From: Fastidiosibacter lacustris
GTDB taxonomy: Bacteria; Pseudomonadota; Gammaproteobacteria; Francisellales; Francisellaceae
Length of the DNA: 32,000 bases
Direction: 5' to 3'
NCBI RefSeq assembly: GCF_003428155.1
Contig: NZ_QLIR01000004.1
Coordinates: 94,050-126,049, forward strand
The notes beneath the pieces were generated by a model. The model was not told where the DNA came from. It did not search any database and worked only from the letters and a program-made list of their open reading frames with translations. Numbering within the stretch: the stretch's first letter is position 1; each line of letters starts with the position of its first letter. Below, piece by piece: positions 16,554 through 25,342 of the stretch. Both the position numbers and the translations under genes were made by a program.

Positions 16554-16889
16554 TTACGACAATATTACCTTAGAAATTTTGAGGATCTCATCAAGGCATG
16601 TTTTGGGGCACGTTTCTATTTTTTCAGCATTTCTTGATTTAAAATCCATTGAGCGAATCTGAAATGTTAAAATACTGCCTTTTGTTTTACATTTTCCGGG
16701 AAGTGTAACTTCAAATTTATTGCTCCGTTGCACACTTGTAATTGGAGCAACAAAGGTAAACCCCGTGTGATCGTTAAAAACAGCTTTTGTTAAAACAAGT
16801 GCTGGTCTGCGTTTCATTATTTCACGACCAAGGCTTGGATCAAAATCAAGCCAGATAATATCTCCTTGGTCTGGAATATATTTTTTCAA
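16554..16889 (-). CDS. mazF: MazF/PemK-family type II toxin (endoribonuclease)
   Basis: YIPDQGDIIWLDFDPSLGREIMKRRPALVLT ... APITS matches the PemK/MazF N-terminal signature. The ORF track starts at ATG 16922 (37-nt overlap with mazE). A TTG at 16889 gives MKKYIPDQGD... with a 4-nt TTGA start/stop overlap and AAAGGAAAAGAG upstream, so the start is ambiguous. Confidence 0.85.
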   Translation of the reverse strand: MKKYIPDQGDIIWLDFDPSLGREIMKRRPALVLTKAVFNDHTGFTFVAPITSVQRSNKFEVTLPGKCKTKGSILTFQIRSMDFKSRNAEKIETCPKTCLDEILKISKVILS

Positions 16890-17140
16890 ATCTCTTTTCC
16901 TTTTGGCTTGGCTTGAACCCACTCTTTATCTTCGTCAAGAAGCTTAAAACTATCTTTTGGGCTTTCAGCAAGCATTTTTTCTAGACTTAATTCTTCTTTT
17001 TTAGGTATCAAAATGATTTTATTATCTTCAACATGGATATCAAGCTTATCACCCGTATGCAAGTTGAGAATTTGAAGTATTTTTTTAGGGATGCTCACAA
17101 TACTCGCACCACCTGATTGTCTAAGTGATAGTGATGACAT
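16886..17140 (-). CDS. mazE: MazE/AbrB(SpoVT)-type antitoxin
   Basis: 84 aa. SLRQSGGASIVSIPKKILQILNLHTGDKLDIHVEDNKIILIP is the swapped-hairpin AbrB/MazE fold signature. Sits immediately upstream of, and overlapping, the toxin gene. GGAG lies about 10 nt upstream of the ATG. Confidence 0.85.
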   Translation of the reverse strand: MSSLSLRQSGGASIVSIPKKILQILNLHTGDKLDIHVEDNKIILIPKKEELSLEKMLAESPKDSFKLLDEDKEWVQAKPKGKEI

Positions 17141-17164
17141 TGTATTTATTCTCCAAGTTTTTTT

Positions 17165-17182
17165 GTTATATAAAAGTATAAC
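17165..17182. promoter_or_regulatory. Candidate mazEF operator: perfect 6-bp inverted repeat gttata-N6-tataac, 25-42 nt upstream of the mazE start
   Basis: Read directly. Type II antitoxins usually autoregulate via palindromes at this position. The sequence is AT-rich and short, so it could arise by chance. Confidence 0.3.
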
Positions 17183-17358
17183 TCAGATTCATACTACTTT
17201 CATTCGTTATTTTATAAAACACTGCCGACATTGTTTGAATATCCAATGCGATAAGTTTAGAATAAGCCGCAGGAAAAAAAGCTACGTTAAGCTACTAGGC
17301 GCGTGTAAACGGTATCCTAAACAATAGATGCGACATAGTGGCAATAAAGGTCTCTAAT

Positions 17359-18033
17359 ATGAATATTGAGCTTGCAAAAGAAAACATGATAAAACAGCAA
17401 ATCCGTCCCTTGGGTGTGCCATATGGGGATTTATTGAGCACAATTATCGATACGCCAAGAGAAATATTTGTACCAAAAAGTTTTAAAGAATTGGCTTATT
17501 CTGAGGTCGAAATTTTGCTTAATCACGGTCAAAAAGAGCTTACGCCTCAAACGGTAATTAAGATGTTGCAACAACTTGCCCCTAAAAGGCATGAAAGGGC
17601 TTTGGAACTAGGTTGTGGTTGTGGCTATTTAACCGCTTTATTGGCTAAACTCACTAAGCTTATCGATGTGGTAAGTGAACACGAAGATATGTTAAATCAC
17701 GTTAAAAATGCTTTAAAGACGATTGGGGTATACAATGCAAAATATCACCTTGGTGTGACAAAAGATGCTAAAACATTGACTGAACTTGTTGGATTGGATG
17801 TAAAATTTGATGTTATAGTGGTGCATAAATATCTTACTGTATCGCCTGAGAATTATCTAAAATACTTAGCAGGAAATGGGCGAATGCTATACTTTTTAGC
17901 CAAAGGTGGCTATGCTAAGGCGGTTTTGATTCATAAAAACGTAGATGGTTCATATCATCAAACATCAACGTTTGATGTTTATGAAAATGTAGATAAGAAA
18001 ATGCAAGCAAAAAAAGCAGTATTTAAATTTTAA
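17359..18033 (+). CDS. Protein-L-isoaspartate O-methyltransferase family protein (Pcm-like)
   Basis: SAM motif I ALELGCGCGYLTALLAKL, and N-terminal NMIKQQIRP typical of Pcm paralogues. The ORF track starts at GTG 17338; ATG 17359 (MNIELAKENM...) is more likely. Confidence 0.75.
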   Translation: MNIELAKENMIKQQIRPLGVPYGDLLSTIIDTPREIFVPKSFKELAYSEVEILLNHGQKELTPQTVIKMLQQLAPKRHERALELGCGCGYLTALLAKLTKLIDVVSEHEDMLNHVKNALKTIGVYNAKYHLGVTKDAKTLTELVGLDVKFDVIVVHKYLTVSPENYLKYLAGNGRMLYFLAKGGYAKAVLIHKNVDGSYHQTSTFDVYENVDKKMQAKKAVFKF

Positions 18034-18057
18034 TAATGGATCACGATAGGTTAGCGG

Positions 18058-19446
18058 ATGAAAAGAATTACAATACTATTAAGTGGATTATTAATGACTG
18101 GATTAGCGTTAGCTAAGATAGACACGATGGATGCTGATGTAGAAAAAACAGCTTCTCTACCACAAAATTTGTCACAGATTTATGCACTTGCACAACAACA
18201 TAATGCACAATATTTAGCAGCAGAAGCGACATTTAAATCAACTGAGCAAAACGTACCACAAGCTTTAGGTAAGCTATTGCCAAATATTACCGCAAGCTAT
18301 AATGCACAGAGTAACTACAGCCAAACTGTGGATGAGTCAACGGGTGCTAAAAACAAATATTTTACTCAAGCGCCTAGCTTAACAGCAACACAAGCACTCT
18401 TTAATTGGGGAGCGTGGGGAGGATATAACTATGCAAGTTATCAAGCTAAAGCAGATGCGATTACTTTTGTGATTGCGCAAGCAAATTTAATTATTTTTGT
18501 TACAAGTGCATATTTTGCGGTATTACAAGCAGAAGACAACCTTGCTTATGCACAAGCAAATGAATCTTGGAATAAAGAATTGCTCAATCAAACGCAAGAA
18601 AAATATAAAGTGGGATTATCGGCTATTACCGATGTCCAAGCAATTAAAGCACAATATGAACAATCAGTAGCGGTAACTGTGCAAGCTAAAAACAACTTAG
18701 CGACAGCGTTTTCGCAAATCAGTCAAATTATCGGTGAACAGGTGACATCGATTGAAAATTTAAGTGACAAATTCCCATTCGACAAACCACAGCCAGACAA
18801 TATGGATAAGTGGCTGCAAATTGCATTAAAGCAAAATAATAATATTGTACAAAATCAATTTTTAGTGGAGGCAGCTCAAGCGGGTGTAAGTGGTTTATGG
18901 GGAGCATTTTTGCCTGCGGCAGAGTTAAATGCTTCTTTGTCACGTAACTTAAATTACCAAAATAAAAACTATACGTCAGGGAGCACAACTTCAGCAGCTG
19001 GTGTTGGGGTGAGCTGGAATCTTGTCAATGGTGGCAGTGACTATGCGGCATTAAAATCTCAACAATATACAGCAACAGCGACCAAATATACTTTGCAAGA
19101 AACACAGCGTGCAACGGAAAGTAAGCTAAAAACAGCTTACCTAACCGTGTTATCCGACATTGCTCAAGTAGAGGCCTACAAGCAAGCAGTTATTGCAGCA
19201 GAAGCTTCTGTTAAAGCGATGAAAGCAGGTTATGATGTAGGAACGCACACTATTGTCGATCTGTTACAACAACAGCAACAACTCTTCCAAGCCCAAAGGC
19301 AATATGCTCAGGCAAAATATGCTTATATCAATGATTTATTGACTTTGAAAAATACAGCTGGGGTATTGAGCTATAAAGACGTTGATGCAATCAACAAATG
19401 GTTAACTGCTGAGAAAGTATCAACACAAAGTAGCAGTATGATTTAA
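18058..19446 (+). CDS. tolC: TolC-family outer-membrane efflux channel
   Basis: 462 aa with a signal peptide (LLSGLLMTGLALA). Two-repeat architecture with long Ala/Gln-rich helical segments. Typical blocks: LSQIYALAQQHNAQ, VGLSAITDVQ, GYDVGTHTIVDLL. Confidence 0.85.
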   Translation: MKRITILLSGLLMTGLALAKIDTMDADVEKTASLPQNLSQIYALAQQHNAQYLAAEATFKSTEQNVPQALGKLLPNITASYNAQSNYSQTVDESTGAKNKYFTQAPSLTATQALFNWGAWGGYNYASYQAKADAITFVIAQANLIIFVTSAYFAVLQAEDNLAYAQANESWNKELLNQTQEKYKVGLSAITDVQAIKAQYEQSVAVTVQAKNNLATAFSQISQIIGEQVTSIENLSDKFPFDKPQPDNMDKWLQIALKQNNNIVQNQFLVEAAQAGVSGLWGAFLPAAELNASLSRNLNYQNKNYTSGSTTSAAGVGVSWNLVNGGSDYAALKSQQYTATATKYTLQETQRATESKLKTAYLTVLSDIAQVEAYKQAVIAAEASVKAMKAGYDVGTHTIVDLLQQQQQLFQAQRQYAQAKYAYINDLLTLKNTAGVLSYKDVDAINKWLTAEKVSTQSSSMI

Positions 19447-19480
19447 TGACAAAGAGAGTATATAAAGAAAAGAGAAATAA

Positions 19481-20011
19481 ATGTTAAAACGAAGTGCTGA
19501 TAAACTCAGTAAGCTTGAAGTTTTTCTTGAGCGTGCCATTTTTGCAAGTCGCTGGATTCAAGCGCCAATTTACCTTATTTTAGTATTGGTTTTGCTTGCT
19601 TTTGTTTATCAAATGGCAAGCGAAGTTTTACACCTTTTTATGACGATAAAGAGCTTAGCACCGCATGAGCTGATTGTGCTTGGTTTGACTTTGTGTGATA
19701 CCGTTTTGGTGGCAAACTTAATCGTGATTGTAATTATCAGTGGCTATGAGAATTTTGTCTCAAAAATCGACGTTGAACACAAATCAGGTGAACCTATTTG
19801 GATTAAACGCTTGTCACATACGGGTGTTAAGCTTAAAATTGCAGGATCAATTGTGGCAATTTCCTCTATTTCATTACTTAAGCAATTTTTGGATATTCCA
19901 CAGTTATCGAACCGTGATTTGATGTGGTATGTATTATTGCACTTAACTTTTTTAGTTTCAGCGTTAATATTGGTATTTGTAGGTCTGTTAGAGAAAAAAA
20001 TAAAAGAATAG
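19481..20011 (+). CDS. yqhA: UPF0114 family inner-membrane protein (YqhA-like)
   Basis: Collinear similarity to E. coli YqhA as recalled from memory: ASRWIQAPIY, SGYENFVSKID, IAGSIVAISSISLL, DLMWYVLLHLTFLVSA. Confidence 0.85.
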   Translation: MLKRSADKLSKLEVFLERAIFASRWIQAPIYLILVLVLLAFVYQMASEVLHLFMTIKSLAPHELIVLGLTLCDTVLVANLIVIVIISGYENFVSKIDVEHKSGEPIWIKRLSHTGVKLKIAGSIVAISSISLLKQFLDIPQLSNRDLMWYVLLHLTFLVSALILVFVGLLEKKIKE

Positions 20012-20209
20012 TTTAGACGGTTAATAAACCCTCTATCACCTAAAGAAAATAAAAAGCATTCCGTTTGTGCTTTGACCGCTATCATTCTATAAGCTATAAG
20101 CATAGCTTTATATGAAGTCACTATAAGTAACATTGATTAAATGATTAAGCGTACATAATAAGTAAACGTTATTGCCAATGTGCCTTACATAATAAACACG
20201 AGTGAAAAT

Positions 20210-20635
20210 ATGAATATAATGGAACGACAACAGGCTTTGATTGATGACTTTAATTTTTTTGACGATTGGAGTGATAAATATGCCTATTTGATTGGTTTAG
20301 GCAAGAATTTAGAACCTTTCCCAGAGAGTAAAAAAGATGAAGCACACATGGTTAAAGGTTGTCAGTCACAAGTGTGGTTTGATGCGCAGTTGCAACAAGG
20401 CAAGCTTATGTTTCATGGTATCAGTGATGCCGCAATTGTATCGGGTTTAATTGGATTGCTATTGCAAGTTTATAGCGATGCCTTTCCTCATGAAATTCTT
20501 GATTCTACTACTGATTTTATGACAGAAATTGGATTGGCTAAACACCTAAGTCCAACACGTAATAATGGATTATATGCCATGATCAACTATATCTATAGTA
20601 CGGCACAAAAATATGTCGATGCAACAACCCCCTAA
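20210..20635 (+). CDS. sufE: SufE/CsdE-type cysteine desulfuration (sulfur acceptor) protein
   Basis: FDDWSDKYAYLIGLG and the persulfide-carrier Cys block VKGCQSQVWF. The ORF track begins at GTG 20180; ATG 20210 or 20219 is more plausible. Confidence 0.85.
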   Translation: MNIMERQQALIDDFNFFDDWSDKYAYLIGLGKNLEPFPESKKDEAHMVKGCQSQVWFDAQLQQGKLMFHGISDAAIVSGLIGLLLQVYSDAFPHEILDSTTDFMTEIGLAKHLSPTRNNGLYAMINYIYSTAQKYVDATTP

Positions 20636-21377
20636 AGTTATTGTCTGCCGACCTGAGCCCAAAGCAACTGAACTTGTGGAGCAATTAAATAAATGTGATA
20701 TAAGTGCAGTTGTTATTGAGCCTTTTATAATCAATTATTTGCCTTTTGAGCTTAATGCAATTGATAGGGTGACAGATATGATCTTTACGAGTACCTTTGC
20801 TGTTGAAGCTTTCTTCCACCAAATGGTGCCTATTGATATGCTTGACGACAAAAAAATATGGGCGATTGGTGAGGCGACCAAGGCTAAGCTTAAAGCGTTT
20901 GGGTTAAGTGCAATCGCGCCGCAACATGCTGACTCAGAGGGACTACTTGAAGTGATGGATTATAGCGCAGATGTATTATCTAAAGGGCACTTTTTGATTG
21001 TGAAAGGCGAAGGAGGACGCGAGTATTTAGCATATGCTTTAGCAAACAAAGTCAAAAAATTAACAATGGTGGACTGTTATCGGCGCGTATTCGTGAGTAA
21101 GCATGATTTAGTGCAACAATTGCAATCTATCGACTCTCAAACAGCGCCTTGCGTTATTCTCTATACTAGCTTTGATGCCATGCAAGCAACGATGGCGATG
21201 TTTGATCTGTACCCTAGTTGGCGCAATGAATCTATCGTTACTGTAACAAATACCCGAATGTTAAGCTGGGCTAAATGCCAAGGTTTTGTTAAATTATATT
21301 TGTTAGAGAAATTGAGCAACGATGCGCTTATAAACACACTTATGACACTGCTCAAAAAAGGGATGGTAAGATGGTAA
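20613..21377 (+). CDS. hemD: Uroporphyrinogen-III synthase
   Basis: 254 aa. N-terminal KVIVCRPEPKA (cf. ilvtRP) and IFTSTFAV (cf. ifTS.naV). Position directly upstream of hemX/hemY-like genes. Confidence 0.7.
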   Translation: MSMQQPPKVIVCRPEPKATELVEQLNKCDISAVVIEPFIINYLPFELNAIDRVTDMIFTSTFAVEAFFHQMVPIDMLDDKKIWAIGEATKAKLKAFGLSAIAPQHADSEGLLEVMDYSADVLSKGHFLIVKGEGGREYLAYALANKVKKLTMVDCYRRVFVSKHDLVQQLQSIDSQTAPCVILYTSFDAMQATMAMFDLYPSWRNESIVTVTNTRMLSWAKCQGFVKLYLLEKLSNDALINTLMTLLKKGMVRW

Positions 21378-22624
21378 ATGAAACGACTAAGCATGATGAG
21401 GATCCAACAGCGCAACAAACACAAAACACTGATGTGCCATTAACACATATTAAAGAGCGGCAAGCGCTTTTAATAGAGGAACCTGATGTGTCCAAACTTA
21501 TAAAAGATAAGCTCTATAGATCAAGCGGGCGAGGATATACTTTTATTGTGTTATTAGCCATTGGTATTGCGCTATGTGGATTGGGGGTAGGTCTATTTGC
21601 ATTGTATAAGCAGCAAAGTTATAACGCGGTATTGCAAGAATTCGTCAGTGTCGAACAAATGCCAACCAAGATAGATGATAGTGTTGTTAAAGCTTTGCAA
21701 AATAAGCTTAATACTCAAGATATGCTGATGAATAAGCAGCAAGACGCATTAACTGTATTACAAGCACAACAAACAAAGCAAAAATCAGAAATAGATAATG
21801 CATTAAAAGCAAACGATCTTAATCAGGTCGAGCTTGCACAAAAACTTAGCCAATTACAGCAAAGCTATTTATTGCCAACTACTGAGTTAAGTAAGCAAAT
21901 TCAGCTTATGCGCAAACAAACACTCATCCTAAACCTAGCGTTTGCTAAACAAGCATGGCAAGTTCTAGGCAGCACAACACAAACTCTATTTTTCATTAAT
22001 CAAGCAAAATCGATACTTATTAACATCGATCAAGCTGGTGGATGGTTTCCCAAACTTGATGCCATTGCCACAGAATTACAAAATAGTGTAAGTATTGAAG
22101 ATAACTTCATCAAGATCTCTACTTTGCAAGCTCTACTTCTAAAATTAAAATCGTTACCACCTATTGCTCTAGATCAAACTAATAAAGCAACTGCTGTAGT
22201 GCAATCAAATGCAGCTGATGAAAGTTGGAGCAAGGCGATTGATGTTTTATGGCAGCAAGTAAAATCGCTTATTCAAGTACAAAAACTCACAAATGACAAT
22301 AGCGTTTTACTTGCTCAAAATGCGCATTTTAAAATACTGGCAAATTTATATGAATTATTACTTGAGCTTAAAATTGCACTTCTGAATAACGATGCCCCAT
22401 TGTTGCAAACCATTAAAGAAACATTGGATAAAAATATCCTCAGTTACTTTGCTGATGATCAAACAAGGCAAGCTGCACTTGCGCTAATTGCACAAATTAA
22501 AGTTACACCTGCTAAGATAAATGATGAAATTGATCAATTAATCACATCCATTCAACAAAACTCGGTTGAAACGACTACACCACAAATGAATTTTCCACAA
22601 GAACCACAAGGTAAGCTATCATGA
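21371..22624 (+). CDS. hemX: HemX-like membrane protein (charged N-terminus, one TM, Gln-rich coiled coil)
   Basis: Architecture and conserved hemD-hemX-hemY position. No catalytic motif is expected. Confidence 0.6.
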   Translation: MVNETTKHDEDPTAQQTQNTDVPLTHIKERQALLIEEPDVSKLIKDKLYRSSGRGYTFIVLLAIGIALCGLGVGLFALYKQQSYNAVLQEFVSVEQMPTKIDDSVVKALQNKLNTQDMLMNKQQDALTVLQAQQTKQKSEIDNALKANDLNQVELAQKLSQLQQSYLLPTTELSKQIQLMRKQTLILNLAFAKQAWQVLGSTTQTLFFINQAKSILINIDQAGGWFPKLDAIATELQNSVSIEDNFIKISTLQALLLKLKSLPPIALDQTNKATAVVQSNAADESWSKAIDVLWQQVKSLIQVQKLTNDNSVLLAQNAHFKILANLYELLLELKIALLNNDAPLLQTIKETLDKNILSYFADDQTRQAALALIAQIKVTPAKINDEIDQLITSIQQNSVETTTPQMNFPQEPQGKLS

Positions 22625-23793
22625 AAAAGGTAGCATGGTTAATATTGATTTGTGCTTTAGCAGTACTTGGCAGTCTGTCGGTATTGTATCATCCTGGTGT
22701 GGTTGCTTTTTTTGTCGATGATACTTTGATTAAACTGCCGTTATGGTTATTCATCGTTATTATTGTTGTGGGACTTACTATTTTAGGTTTTGTTTATCAT
22801 TTACTTAAGGTAGTTGTGTTTACGCCAAGACATTGGTGGCAAACCTTGCACATGCGTAAAAAAAAGAAACTCAATATATTACTTGTTGAAATGCAAAAAG
22901 CCTATTTATTACAAGATCAACGCTATATTGATAAACATAAAGCGCAAGCTAAGCTTGATACTCCCGAGGTTGGTGAAGGGTTGACCATGCTCTATTGGCA
23001 AAGTCTTTACGATGCAGGTAAATATAAAGAATTACAAAGTATTTTACTTGCGCTAAAAAGACAGATGGAACTTGAGTTTATTTGGCGTTATTATCAAGCG
23101 ATGATTTTCGTTAAGGTTGCTGAATATGGCGAAGCGTTGGCACTGTTGCAGGGTTTAATCGAACAAGAACCACGTAGCAAAAGCCTTATTCATACACTTA
23201 TCATCTGTCAGATTGAACAAAAACAATCTATCATTGCTCGAAATACGATTGTTAAATATCAACATTTATTCAGCTTGGATGAGCTTAATCACTATTTTGA
23301 ACAGATTTTAATGTCTGTGGTAAGCTACAATGATTTAAGTGAAATTTGGCAAGGCTTGCCAAAACGTTGTCGTATAACGAGTGGGCTTGACTGTGTATAC
23401 TTTAAACGACTAGCAGCTTTTGTACCTCTTGCTGATTTTAGAGAGCAAATTCAAAAGGAGCTAACACATCGACTTAGATTTGAACTGGTATTGCTTTATT
23501 TAAATAAACTAAAAGATCAAAGAGCGTATGAATTTATAAAAGCATGTTGGCTTAAACAAAATGATGGTGATTTAGATCAATTAAATTTGTTGTTGCTAAC
23601 ACAAGCGCTTGTTTATCAGGATTGGGAATTTATGGAAACACATATAGATCGACTACAACGCACAAAGCTTACGACTCAAGAGGAGGTAAAATATTTACTG
23701 TTACGCTCAAAATTTTGTGAGCATCAATCTATGCCAAATCAAGCACATAAGCTTTTAGCTGAAGTAGAACAGCTATTATTGGAGTTAAAATGA
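22621..23793 (+). CDS. hemY: HemY-like protein (two N-terminal TM segments plus TPR-like helical repeats)
   Basis: Architecture and position. ATGA overlap with hemX. Confidence 0.65.
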   Translation: MKKVAWLILICALAVLGSLSVLYHPGVVAFFVDDTLIKLPLWLFIVIIVVGLTILGFVYHLLKVVVFTPRHWWQTLHMRKKKKLNILLVEMQKAYLLQDQRYIDKHKAQAKLDTPEVGEGLTMLYWQSLYDAGKYKELQSILLALKRQMELEFIWRYYQAMIFVKVAEYGEALALLQGLIEQEPRSKSLIHTLIICQIEQKQSIIARNTIVKYQHLFSLDELNHYFEQILMSVVSYNDLSEIWQGLPKRCRITSGLDCVYFKRLAAFVPLADFREQIQKELTHRLRFELVLLYLNKLKDQRAYEFIKACWLKQNDGDLDQLNLLLLTQALVYQDWEFMETHIDRLQRTKLTTQEEVKYLLLRSKFCEHQSMPNQAHKLLAEVEQLLLELK

Positions 23794-24566
23794 TCTATGT
23801 TAAACGTTGGTATTTAAACAATTCGCTGAGAAATTATAATTATTCGTTGGTAAATGATGTCAGTCAAACAGCTTTAATTATTGATCCTACTTTGGTTGAT
23901 CATTTTGTTCAATTTTGTGAACAAAATGCACTTAAACCAGAGGCGATTTTATTGACACATGAACATGGTGATCACGTTGGCGCTGCTGTTTCTTTGAAAG
24001 AAAAATATCAGCTTCCAATTTATGCCCATTTCTATGAGTTTAGGGGAGCTCGGGTTGATTATGTTATAACAGACGGTGAAAACTTAAGCTTTTCAACCGC
24101 AGACTGCACGGTGATGGCATGTCCTGGGCATACGGCATCACACGTAAGTTTTTATGTTCAGGAACAAGGGCTTTTGTTTTGTGGTGATACGATTTTTACA
24201 GCGGGGGTAGGGAATCTAAAAGATAGTACAGCTGATGTGAATGCGCTTTATGAGAGTATTTTGCGCTTGGTGAGTTTACCAGGTTTAGTGAAGCTTTATC
24301 CAGCACACGATTATTTTGAAAATAATTTGTTATTTGCTCAAAGTATTGATGCTCATGATCAAGCATTTCAAATCTGGTATAAAAAAGTAAAGGATGTTCC
24401 AGCTGAAGACAAGCCGATCACCAGTATTCAAGATGAAAAATCGATGAATATCTTTTTGCGTACGCATGAACCCAATTTACAGCATATTTTACAGCGATCT
24501 AATAGAAAAGTGATAGATGCTAAATCAGCTTTTTGTGAATTAAGGGCACGTAAAGATGTCTTCTGA
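23790..24566 (+). CDS. gloB: Hydroxyacylglutathione hydrolase (glyoxalase II), metallo-beta-lactamase fold
   Basis: Has THEHGDHVGA (HxHxDH), CPGHTASHVSF and YPAHDY. Length of 258 aa fits GloB. Confidence 0.8.
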   Translation: MIYVKRWYLNNSLRNYNYSLVNDVSQTALIIDPTLVDHFVQFCEQNALKPEAILLTHEHGDHVGAAVSLKEKYQLPIYAHFYEFRGARVDYVITDGENLSFSTADCTVMACPGHTASHVSFYVQEQGLLFCGDTIFTAGVGNLKDSTADVNALYESILRLVSLPGLVKLYPAHDYFENNLLFAQSIDAHDQAFQIWYKKVKDVPAEDKPITSIQDEKSMNIFLRTHEPNLQHILQRSNRKVIDAKSAFCELRARKDVF

Positions 24567-25329
24567 TTACTATCCGTTATCGGATTTACTTCATGTCATG
24601 CAGGTGATGCGTGATGAAGAAAAAGGATGTGCTTGGACAAGGTCACAAACTTGGTATTCATTAACGGAACACACCTTAGAAGAAGCATATGAATTGGTCG
24701 ATGCGATTGAGCACAAAAATGCAATTGACGTTAAATACGAGCTTGCTGATCTATTAAATCAAGTAATTTTTTATGCCCAAATTGCGAAAGAGCAAAAACT
24801 ATTTGATTTTAATGATATCGTTCATGTTTTAACGGATAAACTCATTCGACGTCATCCGGATGTTTTTGGCGATGGTCAAATACGAGAAATTGAACTATTG
24901 GAAAAACAATGGCAACAAATCAAGCAAAAAGAGCGTGGTGAGCGCCAAAGTGAACTTGATGAGATTGCACTTAACTTACCTGCGTTAAGTATGGCAAAAA
25001 AATTACAGATGAGAGCTTCAGCTGTAGGTTTTGACTGGGATAATATTGAGGATGTCTTTGATAAACTGGTCAGTGAAGTCAATGAACTTAAACAAGTACT
25101 AAAAGTAGATGAAAAAAAAGCACAAGAAGAATTGGGAGATTTAATGTTTAGTTGTGTAAATTTAGCACGCCATTTAAAAGCAGATCCCGAAATGCTTTTG
25201 CGTGGGGCAAATAAAAAATTCGAACGGCGTTTTCGCGGTATTGAAATTGCTTTAAAAGAAAAAAAACGCCATATACGTGATGTAAGTCTTGATGAGTTAA
25301 ATGCACTGTGGGAAGCTCAAAAAAAGTGA
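24556..25329 (+). CDS. mazG: Nucleoside triphosphate pyrophosphohydrolase MazG (two tandem MazG domains)
   Basis: MRDEEKGCAWTRSQT, EEAYELVDAIE, ELADLLNQVIFYAQIA, KLIRRHPDVFG; the second domain has ELGDLMFSCVNLARHL. Confidence 0.9.
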   Translation: MSSDYYPLSDLLHVMQVMRDEEKGCAWTRSQTWYSLTEHTLEEAYELVDAIEHKNAIDVKYELADLLNQVIFYAQIAKEQKLFDFNDIVHVLTDKLIRRHPDVFGDGQIREIELLEKQWQQIKQKERGERQSELDEIALNLPALSMAKKLQMRASAVGFDWDNIEDVFDKLVSEVNELKQVLKVDEKKAQEELGDLMFSCVNLARHLKADPEMLLRGANKKFERRFRGIEIALKEKKRHIRDVSLDELNALWEAQKK

Positions 25330-25342
25330 TAAGTAGCAGATA

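Noticed and set aside
20091-20108. 7-bp hairpin aagctat-aagc-atagctt downstream of yqhA, and a similar acgcttt/aaagcgt hairpin at 1404-1423 after atpC, considered as rho-independent terminators
   Set aside because: The stems are short and AT-rich with no following U-tract, so they are not distinguishable from chance in this composition.
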